Assembly (NCBI GenBank): GCA_030141605.1
Contig: JAQGDQ010000274.1
Span: 1-64,000, forward strand
Direction: 5' to 3'
Source of the DNA: Tubiluchus corallicola
Lineage: Eukaryota > Animalia > Priapulida
Length of the DNA: 64,000 bases
Shown here: positions 1-12,600 of the stretch, piece by piece
How positions within the stretch are numbered: the stretch's first letter is position 1
Layout: every line of letters begins with the position of its first letter
Notes under the pieces: model-generated
What the model was told of the DNA's origin: nothing
The model's database searches: none
Seen by the model: only the letters and a program-made list of their open reading frames with translations
Program-made: the position numbers and the translations under genes

Positions 1-1024
1 AAGGATAAAAAAGGTTTCCACTATTGCACTGTATTGTTTGTGCACTATTATTTGCATAATGTTTGCTTTTTCAAGTCTTGTGAAATTTTTATAATAGCCT
101 AATGCTGTACACTGTTTAACTTTAGGACATCCACTTTGTCTTTACTTGCTGGATCTTCTAAAATTTTACCTTTAACAGCTTCAAACTAAGTCACCCGTAC
201 AGGTAAAATTCCCGCCATATTACTAAATGAAGAATGTCCATAAAATTTAATATGAAATTTCCTCAACCGACCATTCGAAAAATCTCTTTGGAGCACTTCT
301 CAGTTTTAAAAATAAACACACGGTGCTGCCAGAAAAAAATACTGCAAAGTAAATTCCAAAATTTGCTTACATAGTAGACCAAGACGGAAAAGCATGAATA
401 ATACTTTCAACAAAATCAAGGTACGGTTGCATGACAAGTCGAAAAATATTTAATCACTACTAGTTTGAAAATTTTTCGTTGTGTGCATCAATATAAAAAA
501 CGTGAGCAAACACTCCTGAGGTAATTTTTACCCCACATCGGTCGGTTAAGGGTTAAGTTGACTCGACCCTTTGCGCATTGTTGACTATAAATTATCATTA
601 GCAAAGAGCGACATGTGAAATGTGACATGTCGACACACTCATAAAAATTACCGTAATGTCGCCGAGAATTGGAAAATCGTTTTATGGTCACATTTTACCA
701 GCCATAACAACGATCCCACGTTGATTATCTGATATTTTCCTATTCTGACTATGCTTAAAGGAAGAACCAACCCTCGAACAGCATTTATTGCATTTTAATG
801 TCAATTAAAAATATTGAAATCACGATACAAATTATGCGCATAGAATGCTTTACTTAAAAATGTAAAAGAAATTTAAATATTTCTTATCTCCCAAATGAAC
901 GTTGATGCCAGATATTTGAAAAAAAAATGACGTAAGCTGGTGTATTCAGGGTAGCGTGAATGCTGTGAAGGCCAGCTTTGTGAAGATACGCGTTGAGAAA
1001 TTTCTACAATTTGCTTAGAAGTTC

Positions 1025-1420
1025 CGTTATTCTAATGTTGTGTTTAACTGTGTTTATCTAGAAATTAGTCATTCGATCAATTATGATCATATTTAAAGTA
1101 GTTACGTCGCTTTAATCTACGGTATTACACCTTAAATTGTGTAAGTAATTAACATTAATTGTGTAAATAATTAATTTAAAGATTTTAGTCGACTTTTAGA
1201 TACGCATGTAGTAGGTACCGGGCTGGTTACTTAGTTTGCGTTCGCTCTATAAGTTAAATATGTGATGCATCTGCCGGTGTTTATATTGCACGGAAACCAG
1301 ATGACGCCATTATCTAAAATGAGCGTGCCCAAGTGTAAAGTGAGCACGACTTTAAAAAGTTTCTAACATTTTCCCAAAATATTAAAATACGCTGAACTTC
1401 CCGAGAGACATGGCTTTTGC
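1025..1420 (-). mobile_element. Partial Kolobok-like MITE, same family as 50359-50996
   Basis: Ends in GGCTTTTGCT-TTAA; internal sequence is the reverse complement of about 50500-50815. Confidence 0.6.
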
Positions 1421-2197
1421 TTTAACGTTTGTAAGACAGGTCATATTGGTCTTGACTGTTGTGAAAGTTGACGAAGCAGGTCTATCCCCGCGTTTGGTGG
1501 CAAAGCTATCTCATAACTTAATATGTACCAACTACAATACTTGCGAAGTTCGTTTTTCCCCAAGTATCGGAGCCGGTTTTCCTCATGTAATAAAGATACT
1601 AAGTGTGTCGGGAGTAAAGAATCCCATGATGATATTTTGAATTGTTTCGAGATGTTAACTAACACTCTTTTGTTTTATTTACATGTCATGTAGTGAAGTT
1701 ATTGTTGTTATGTTATGTCGTTATACGAAGTGATAATGTAAATAACTACATCACGATGTTTTAACTCATTTGTCTATTGCTTTCATTTACAATATATACA
1801 GGTGACACGGCAATGGACATCAAACACTAATAATAAACCTTTTGAGAACAAACTTTAGATAAAAAATTTTGTTTGATACTACGACTCTCCCACCTTATCT
1901 GAGCTAAACACGAAATAATCGAGATCTAGGAACCAATATAAATTCCCAGTTCTTGATCAGATGCCAAATTTTATGCCAGAGTTCTCGAAACTTAAGCTCT
2001 GTTTCACTTTTTGTAGGGAAAGAATTGCCCGACAATGGAATACAGGACTTTCTACACGGGTTAGTATTTTGTTTACTATCTGCAGATGAAGCGATCCGCA
2101 TTTCGATAGACTTATCCACAAGGCGAATGGATAAATGTCGTAAGCGTGTCATTTTGCGTTTACGTCATTTCTGTATCATTACGTCATCATCTAGGTT

Positions 2198-2829
2198 CAG
2201 TGGCGTAGCAAGTGCTTGTGGCGCCCGGGCCCGGGGCAAAAACTTTTGACGCGCTACCCTTTTAATGTTCTGATTATTTGTTTCGTGTTTGAAGCCACAA
2301 ATTGTGTACGTTTTTGTGTCCCTGAGCCCGACTTTCGTTTTTCCACACGATAGGATAAAAATAAACGAATTTTTCCTAAGAATCACCCAGAGTTTGATTA
2401 GCGGTACTGCAGCAGAATAACTCTTTTATATGCATTAGTTGCTCATAACATGACAGTTCTTAAACATTCACCTCCAGCATTAAAATATGGAAAGATTATG
2501 AAAGATACAGAACACTTCACAATAATACAATCGGTATTTAGAAAAATGCCACTATTTCTACCAAAATTATAGACTGCTAAGCCAAACGACACCCTACACA
2601 CGCCATTAAATATCAATATTAGCTTTTTTGCAGGCTGTATGTAGTAATTAAGTCAGCTACGATGATCTCTGACTAGGCAATTTTGTTGTAGTTAGAATAC
2701 TCTGTTTTGTTAATGTCAGATTAGAAATTAATAATTAACAGTCATTGAACTCTAGAAGAATTTTACGCCCTCTCACCCTTGCGCCCGGGGGTGATTGCCC
2801 CCTGTCGTCTCCACTTTGCTATGCCTCTG
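2198..2829. mobile_element. hAT-like MITE
   Basis: Imperfect TIRs CAGTGGCGTAGCAAG / CTTTGCTATGCCTCTG with GC-rich subterminal GCGCCCGGG motifs. Confidence 0.55.
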
Positions 2830-3580
2830 CTTACGTTTATACATTATTTCAGCAAATGTAGAAGACAGAAGCTAGCCCAGTCTCATCGGTTGTAAATGAT
2901 TCTAGGACCTGGAAGCAACTGCATCATCATTTTGTTAGACCACTGTGCCCCGCACTTTGTGGGAAAGTTATAATTATTTTATGCACTGGGCAGTCATTCG
3001 TTGAAACACCAAGATCTACTGTTGATAACATCAAAAATAACATAAGGTACTTGTTACCAGGTTGTCACTCATGAAAACAAAAACTTTTCTACTTTATCTT
3101 TAATTTATTTTACCCCAAAATTAGTCTGTTTAAAAACTTCTGTGTTTTTTAACTTGCAGTTACTGGAAATTACGGCTGTTTTTGTAAAAAAAAATCACGA
3201 AAATATTATTTATTTGTAAAAAGAAACAAAAAAAACTATAACATAATTTGTTAAACAATAAACATAAACTGTTAAATAAAGTTGCAATACACATTTATTA
3301 AACATAAATTGATAATTTATGTATCAAAAAAATTTGCTCAGTATATCTTACCAAATGCTTTTGTTTATAAATAACGTTTTGCTCATTGTGAAGTTTTTGG
3401 TTGACAAATTTGTGAGTTGTAGTTTCAACGATGACACTTTCACAAGTGTAACAGTGACATTTCAAGATAATATTATATTAAAGAGGAAGAAAAGGGAATT
3501 TTAACTATTTTCCCAAAGAACTTTCCATACAAAGTTATTTGTTTAGCACTAGGTTTACGTGTTTGAAAGACTTATGTAGT

Positions 3581-4093
3581 AAGCATTTTCACAGTTTCGT
3601 TGTGCGCAAGCGCAGCTGCTGTAGGTCAAAGGTGACCTGTACCACAGTGTCGCGTCTTAACTACAATCATCACGCGTTATGTTGGTAAAGCAAAGCCATC
3701 TACCGCACCAGTTCAGTGTCTTGAATTGTTTTTCGCGGACTTTACTTAACCACGCTTTAGTACTACAGCAATGCGTCTTAACTGCAACCGTTACGTTATG
3801 TGTGGATAAAACAAAGTCATATGCTGCGTCAGTTCAGTAACTTCAGTTGTTTTACATCGACTTCACTTAGTTATGCATTTGTCTGTGCCTAAAGTGATTC
3901 ACCAGCAGGATCTTGCTTGGGAACAAGAAAAAATGAACTAGGTAAGGTTCTAGCTAACTGTGAAAACTGTTACTATTACAACAGCATGGGCTGCGAGGTG
4001 TTGTCACATGTACACAAATGCGTTGTTTGGTACACTTAACCTTTGACCTTTTCACGATCATCATCATCAATCCCTGGAATTGTGAAAAAACTT
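3581..4093 (+). mobile_element. MITE family A (TIR AAGCCTTTTCACAGTT), copy 1, with an internal duplication
   Basis: Homologous to 12894-13261 and 49541-49928. Confidence 0.75.
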
Positions 4094-5180
4094 ATTGGAA
4101 AAGAAAATTCTTATTAATTTATAATATTCGTGCCAGTTTTTATACAGCGTTTGTAACGTAACTTCTTATGTACAGCATGTAAATGATACAAAATTTAAAA
4201 ACGGATTTTTTAAACTTTATTTATGAAACCGTTTTCTTGTTCAGTAACAGTCACGTTATTACAAATCGTCACAACTAAAAACCTTTTGTCAGCGTTCAAG
4301 TTCACGTATGTATAGTATTAAATGTCCCTGGTATGTCATTTTTTAAATAAAAATGTAGTATTTTTAATAGTTGGCTGTAAAAAGTTGCTGCATACTGTTT
4401 TGTATTAAACGGCATTATTAATTAGGTTTCTAGTTGTAATATTGTAAATAAACTGTATTATTGGTACTTCTGCGAATGTAGACGTATTTTTGTTAGCAAA
4501 ACTATTCGCTCACAATCCTTAGCTTTATGTACCACGTTTTTCCCGACAATTAAATTATTTACAAACTGGTTCAGGAAGTGAAGAACTGGGTTATTTGCTC
4601 CTTCATAATTGAAATAAGGAAACCGTAATACTGAATAAGAGTTATAATAATAATTAGTAGTGGGATATTTTACCAGTGAGCCAAATTTCAGCTTCCTATT
4701 AGCCAAACTATGGCAGTTTTGTCAGCATAAATTCAAAGGAGAAAATTATACTATATGGACGAGAAGAATAGCATCATCACAGCGAAACAGACCTCTTTAT
4801 AGATGGCTCCACTAGCTTACTTAACTTTATCTTGGCATAACGCGTCAACTACTATGGTATGTGAAGGAAAAAATATGGCTTGCGTGGTGAATTCTACTTT
4901 TCATTTCGGTTATTAAAATTATTCAACTAACAAAGAGAAGCCGTAAATTTTACAATTGTAACGAAAAGTTTAATCTTAGCAGGAAACGCAGCTTGCTTCT
5001 CCATGTTTTATATTCATCCGCCTAAGTATAAACTAGTCCCTACCAGATTAATTAGCTTCAAACTATTTCAAATCATTAATCATCAAGAAATTGACAATTC
5101 TACATTTTTTAATACAAAATCGGTTTTTCAAACAGTTGATTATAAATGCCAACTGCATAAGACTTTATGTAACAAATCAG

Positions 5181-5812
5181 GACCCAGTTTCGCAAAGCTG
5201 TCACTAGCTTAACAATATTGTTATTAATAGTTGTAATTTTTGTAATTTATTATCACTTCAGCATGTAGTTTTACATTACAATTTGCATTATTATCTTTAC
5301 CTATTATGCCCTATAACTAGAAAATGAAATATAGTTACAATAATTGTAAGAGAACTACATTAGTATACTATAGCATGATATAGTTAGGGAAAAATTCCAA
5401 ATATAATTACAAAAATTTAACAGAAGTATACTAACATAGTTACTAAACTACATAATAGTTTGTCAACAAGAAATAGATGCTGCATAGTGGTCAAAAAGCA
5501 AAGCTTGTAAGGCCACCATGAAAAGTGAAAAAAATGACTTAATTTACAAGAGGGAGGATTATAGGAAAACAGGGAGTAGTTAAGATAAAATAATAGACAG
5601 AGATGGAGAAAAAGAGAAAAGAAATGAATTAGAAAGAAGTTCAGTTGAGACACGATGCAAAAGTATGAAAATGCAAACGGCAAAATAACCAGTCGCGGGA
5701 TTTACTGTGACTATCAGCAGTTAACTGTAATAACCATGTTGTTAACTTAATGACGATGTAGTTAACTTAATCACGACGTTGTTCACTTAGTGACGGCTTA
5801 GCGAAACCGGGC
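5181..5812. mobile_element. PIF/Harbinger-like MITE
   Basis: TIRs GACCCAGTTTCGCAAAGCTGTCACTA / TAGTGACGGCTTAGCGAAACCGGGC, flanked by CAG on both sides (3-bp CWG-type TSD). Confidence 0.55.
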
Positions 5813-6198
5813 CAGATTGTAAATTAGGTTTCTAGTTGTAATATTGTAAGTAAACTATGTTGTATGTTGGTATTTCTACAACTATAGTTGTATTTTTATC
5901 AGCAAAACAATTTACAGACAATCAGTGTTTTATGTCAAGTTGTTCATTGTTATCAGCCAATTTATTTACAAAAAACTATAATTTTATCTGAAACAGGATA
6001 AAATGCTTTGTCCTACAGTCCTGTACATGGTATTAATTCATGTCCATTGAACAGGGCATTGCTGCAGTCCACCAAAAATCACGCCTGTGTAACTGGAAAC
6101 TACAGACTAAATTTTTGTTAGCAGTTTTTGCAAGAAAGTGAAGAAAAAATGGCTAAAGTTTACAATTCCCCATACACAAGTAAATAATTCGTGAAGCG

Positions 6199-6316
6199 GG
6201 TTAGAATTAGGGTTGGGGTTAGGGTTAGCGTTAGGTTTGGGGTTAGAATTGACTTAGTGTTAGGGTTAGGGTTGGGGCTAGAATTGGTTTAGGGCTAGGG
6301 ATAGACTTAGGGTTAG
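6199..6316 (+). repeat. Degenerate (TTAGGG)n-like hexamer array
   Basis: About 19 GGTTAG/GGGTTA variants, about 310 bp downstream of the MRPL38 stop. Confidence 0.75.
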
Positions 6317-6623
6317 TGTATTTAAATTGTGTGGGGAATTATAAACTCCTTCCGAAAAATTATTTGTAACTTCAGATGAACTGTTTTTACATAAATATTT
6401 ACAAATGGATAGAATAACGCATACTTAAAATGACGTATTTGACAACGGTGTCGTAAAAGTAATTCTCTCCTCACGGGTAGCTTAAGTTCTGAAACCACTA
6501 CAGCACATTTGTCCAATCCCATGCTTTTGTCTGACACTCTAGTTTTCACGGAACCATGGGGGCTTATCTGAGAGCAGTCACTGACGCACAGCGCACAGGC
6601 AGTCCCGTAACAGTGCACTGAAT

Positions 6624-9600
6624 TCACGGGTCCAGCTTGTTCTCGTATATATGTTTATACCTTCCTAGCCCCCATCTCTCTTTATAGATTTGCACCTGCT
6701 TCCAAGAGGGGTAATACCTGTCCCAATTAACGATATTGGGGAATCTGCGTCTAGGCGGGTCCGGTTTGAACGGTGATATCCTTGCCATTCTTTTAATCAA
6801 TATTTCCTTTGCTATGTCCTTGGGATCTCTGTAGTGATCCAAGTATCTAAATAAATGCAGAAGACACAAAATTAATGAGCAATTCCTATGCAAAAATCAG
6901 CAGACAAAAATATTTTTTATAAATAATCAGTCTTACAGTCCTAAAGAGTATAGCAGTCCATGAAGATCTGTGATGTATCACAAAATCAATTCCTTGATAT
7001 TACAAGTGCCTATTTTTTGTTATATGTGTGCTTGCACAGCAAGATCGTCCATAAATTGGGAATTAAACTTTTCTAGTTATTCACACATCCTGAATTTCCA
7101 TTTCATGAGGATTGTTTTGATACCAATCTCATTGCTCTATGTTATTTCTAAGCTGAGATAATCCACGTTGAAGTCGAGGTGCAGGCTGCACATTGAAAAA
7201 CATAATCTTGAGAAATCAGTGTTAAAGTTAGCCATTGTTTTTTATCGCGTTTCTACAAAACACTTAGCAAATTACACAAATTACAAATGTTGGTTGCTAC
7301 GGACTTTGCAAGAGGACATGATGTCATGTTGAAATCCAGTAGATGCCTCTTTCTGGTAGAGATCTGGGTTTGGCAAAACCAAAACTAAAATGGCTGCTTC
7401 CAAAATATACACTACATTATTTTTGTTTATTGTTTGTTACACAAAAGCACCATTACAATTACATAATAAGATATGCTACATACAATTATACCAACTGAAA
7501 ACAAAATGACTACGATTAGGCTAGTTGTCAAGTGAGCAGTTAGTGAACAAATGATGTACTTGCTTGTAGCTGTTCTAAAAGCTGGAACTTGGAAAGCCCA
7601 GCTGCAGTGCATGGTGTGTTGTAAGGTGTTAGGGGCGGGACAAAAGAGATGCACACTGAAAAGAGATGACATGACGGTAGAATTAGGATGTAGGTAAGTA
7701 ATGCAAGTAAAAGAGAAGGAAAAAAAGCTAAAAATTATTAAAAAAATGGTGAGATGATAATGGTGAAAATACAATGAAATGGCAAGTCATTTGTGTATAT
7801 AGGACGGACTGTGACTGGCAACCAACGTGGTGAACACAATATGTCAAGAAAAGTTGAACACCAAATACACCTAATATGTATTTAAAAAATACGTTTTCAT
7901 CTCTCTCTTCATTATATCACATATATTACACTAAATAATACGTATTAAGCTAGATTTTACTTCTAAAAGTGCTTTTACATCTAAAACACAATAAAACCGC
8001 ATAATAAAACTGATGATCAGTGACTATTTCCTTTTAATATGTGCTATAAACAGGCAACGACAGAAAATGTGCTTTGAACACTTCACTTATCACATGGAGA
8101 CACTTCCCTTACCACATGGGAACACTTCCCTTATCACATAGGGACATTTTCCAACTCTTAGGGATGCAGGCCAATCTGCTTAACAAATCATAAGTCCGCG
8201 ATAAATGAACCGCAAAGTAGTGAAGGAACACTGTAGTTCCTAACCTTTTACCTAGTCAAGTATCCTTTTGAAATTCAGCGATCTACTGCGTACCAATTAA
8301 CACTCTTTAGCAATATGAGTTTCAAGAAAACATTTTTTAATACTATTGTGCAGTTTTATTAGACTTTAATTTAATTTTGAAAAAAATAAGAAAAAGTCCC
8401 TTATTTTCCATTTATACATGTACTTATTTGTAGTATTCTCTCTATTTATACTGCTTCATAAAATCCCTTATTTTCTATTTATGCATTTCCAAATTCAAGA
8501 ACAAAATGCAAGAAAAAAGACGATCGGATGTCACATCAGAAGACAAACTTGCAGTCGAACTGTGAAGTAGCCTCAATGGCAGCCTTGTTGATGCGCGCTT
8601 TTCTGAAAACAACCAACCTCCTCTACTGCCATCTGCCAACGCATTTGCTGAGCTAAGCGTCTATTTTACATAATAAATTAACCTTGTTATAATGCCAGGC
8701 AGTGCGCAGTGAATCATCCGAAAAACACTGTTGTGTTGCAAAAACAATCATGATGTTTAAGGCTTTAAATCTTGCAGCACACTCTTCCCTCACACCACTA
8801 GGCCGTTACTCCCGTAAAATTCGTAGTCCGTATTTGTAGTACGCTGTACGGCAAAAAAGAACATTCTGACGTGTTACACGACACAACTTTCACGCACCCT
8901 TGGCTTAGCTGTTTCGAGCCCCCAAGGGGTATTTTTACCCCCAATTAGGAACCACTGCCATAGTATAAGCTAACCTAGCAAATTCTGGAACAGTAGAGCT
9001 CCACGACCACGCACAGTATGAAAAATATTGAATTCAATTTTCATTTATGCTTCCATATGTAACAAAATTTAGTAACAACTCACTAAATATTGCTGTGTTG
9101 TGATTCTAATTCACAATGGATTCTGGGAGACTATAGTTACATCTTTTGCTGATGAGACTTTATATCTGTTCTTCGAAGGGAAACATGCAAAGTGTTTCCT
9201 GTAATCAAGCGCGTATTAACCAATAGGCTAACTAGGCTATAGTCTAGGGCACCAAAGTTTGAAGGCGTCTCATTTTAGAAAATATTCTTATTTGCCTCGG
9301 AAAATGTGTATACTTTTATATTCACGTAAAAGGCACGTTTTATAACACACCACAGGTAGTTACTATGAGCAGCTTCTATATAAGTGCCACATAACGAACA
9401 GGTGCAAGGTATTACTCAACAAGCAGTTGGGCAGCCTACTTGAATATAAGCGTTAAGCAAATACATGTAATTAATAATGACCACGTAGAAACTAGGTTAA
9501 TAGTGTTTCTAATAAACCACAAGTAATTGTTTGACACATTCATTCCATGAACAACCATAAGTTGACAACAGAGATGGGCGGGACAAACTATCAGCCTAGG

Positions 9601-12600
9601 GTAGCGTAAAGTCTTGATTCGCCCCTGCCTCTAATAAAACTCGATGCAGGTTGTCTTTTGAAGGGCGCTAATGGCAAATGAGAACTGCAGATCAAATGCA
9701 GCAATTCTAGACCATTTTCTGTTTCAGGTCACTTGCTAAGCACTAACCTAAAGACCCTAAGGGATCTTCAACATTTAATAAAAGCAAAACTGGACAATTG
9801 TGTAGACATTAGTTCAAAATAAAGTTCGCTTTAAAATATTGAACTCCACAACAGCTTTTTTTAAATCAAAGCTTAGATTAAATAGTAATTACCTCGGATA
9901 GCTAAATTTTGTTAAACTTTCAAACCTACGAGCGGCTCAGTGAATCTACTAAGATTGGCAATGCCTTTTCGTCGCATTTGCGTGACCGACACCGCGATAA
10001 CTATGATAATGAACTGCAGTGTTCGTCTGTGGTGTACAGCTCATTTTCGCGCCATTGCCATCACCGTCTTTTAGCAATCTTCGTTTATGCAAGCATGTTT
10101 GACAGACAGGGAAGACGCTAACATTGCACAAACTGTGGTTAGTTTGTGACATAAGCGATAGCTGTGTTCGGTTGCCATTAACTAACTTTCCAAGGTAATT
10201 ATTCAAATACTAGAAACAATTCATAACTTTTACAGGTGAGTATATTTTTGACAGTAAATTAAAATGAGATTGAGTCTAAACAATCATCCGGTTTTCTTTA
10301 AAGGTCTTAATATGAAGTGCTAATACATGTTTTGATCATATTGACATTTTGAGCAAATCTCCTTGAAAAGTGATCAAATCAGTCTACCGTCTCGACACGC
10401 TGGTTACAAGGAATCTTTGTCATTTAAACTTGCATGATTTTGTTATCCTAGTTTCTACATTTTTACAAAATTTTTTCCAAAACATTTTTTCTAAACTGAT
10501 GCTTTTGCTAAATTACAGGATACTGTAAAGATACTTACAAATTGAAATACTGTTTAAATGGATATTTCTTCTTTCGCGGTAGCTCGATTTTTGGCCAGTC
10601 AAACTTAAATATAGGTTCCCGCATACCTAAAATTATGAATGTAGAATTAAAAAATAAAGCTGCTTAAAGTTAAATAATAAATTAAGAAAGTACCATTAAG
10701 TACCAACTTAAAATAAAATAATATAGTAACCCAAAACGGCAAATAATAATGCGCCATGTTGGTGGTTGAACCCGTAGGAAACGTATTTCCAATTATTGTA
10801 CAGTAAATCCTCACTTAACGACTCCCCGTTTAGCGACGTTTCGTTTTAACGACGCTGAACATTTGCCACCCTTTCTCAGTTAACGACGCACCATTTTATT
10901 TTAACGACGATTTTTTTTACTAAGCTCAAAGTCAATTTTTATTTTGTCAACAACTTTTTCAATTAATGTATACATTACATGTTGTGCTATTTGTTGTAAA
11001 CGCACATTAGGAACGTAAACACTTCAATTATTGTACAAGTACTTTCGTTTTTGCTTCCCGACTGCCGTTTGTATCAAGCAAGACCTGACAGCAAACTTTA
11101 TGGGAAGACATTTTGCCTGCAAACTGTTGCTATAGCAACCAGACTGAGATAAAATTCCCACGATCACGCCATGCCTTGGCTTTGACTCTGCTGCATTGCT
11201 TATCATTTATATGCTGTCTAGAGTTAAACGTTAACAAAAGAGAAACCGCTAAAGTAGGTAAGTAAGACAACCACGCAGGTTTCAACAAAGCAGAAAGAAA
11301 TTAATTAGTAGAAATACGAATAAAACTCATAAAACGTTTAATTTATATGATTTAAGCAGCACTGATTTTTGCCTCTGGAACGTATCTCAATTCTTTTACA
11401 TTACTTTTTATAGAAGTCTTGGTTTCGTTTAACGACGTTTTGCTTAATGTCACATTTTGCTGGAACGCATTAGCGTCGTTAAGCGAGGACTTAATGTATA
11501 TGCATAAAGTTAAAACTAGATTTATTCTACTCTACTCTAATTTGTTCAGGCTAATTATGAAGTGTTCTGCATATAGTAAGAACGTAGTCTTCTATAGTTT
11601 AATTCTACAATGAATAACTTTAAAGTCAAGTGAATCACTACTGTCATCAGTTTATTAACTATGTAATTACCTAAATGCATGATGTTATAAACGTGCAGGC
11701 AGGGGATAGATCCCTGAAAAAAACCTGTCTTGTACATAAAATGCAAGGAACAGGTTTTTCCCCATAGAGGTCCTCTAAAGTACTTATATAGTACATAACT
11801 GTGCATAGAAGTTATCCTTATAGAGGTCCCATAAAGTACTTATACAGTACGTAACTGTGCATAGAGGTTATCCTTATAGAGGTCCCATAAAGTACTTATA
11901 CAGTACGTAACTATGCATAGAGGTTATCTTTATAGGGGTCCTCTAAAGTACTTATATAGTACGTAACTGTGCATAGAGATTATCCTTACAGAGGTCCTCT
12001 AAAGTACTTATATAGTACGTAACTGCGCATAGAGATTATCCTTATACAGGTCATCTAAATTGCTTGTATAGTACGTAACTGTGCATGGATGAAATAGATA
12101 CTAATAATTATTATCGTAAAATCAATGTGACGTCTAACTTTTATTTTGTACTATTATTGTAATTCAATATGTACGTCTAACTTTGTAATATTGTTGTAAA
12201 TAAGTATTTGTATCAAGATGTTTTAATCAATCGTTCTTTGCTTTCATGTTATCTCTAGAAAAATGATGATAAGTCTTTGTCAGCATCTTTTTGCAGGCAA
12301 AAATTTCTGTACAGCCAATATACAATTTTACATAGACACTAGAGTGAATTCTACAATATTACTCTAGACGGAACTACAGTGACGATCAACAAAAGACTAA
12401 TTTTTAACAATATCCTTTTCAAGAACTTTCTTTAAATAGAAAGAGCCTTAAGTGTAATCACACATTTCAAAGGCGAACAAAAAAATGAATGTTCTTTAGT
12501 TCTTGACAGAAGTATTTAAACTGGTTAGCAGTCAATGACTAATTTAATCGGTTTAATTAATACGTAACTTAGTATGAAAAAATGCACATACCTAATAATT

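Noticed and set aside
1441-2960. Possible third gene (- strand ORFs 1441-1665 and 1904-2152)
   Set aside because: No recognisable motif, no consistent splice chain, stops and MITE interruption; at most decayed coding sequence. BLASTX is needed to settle it.
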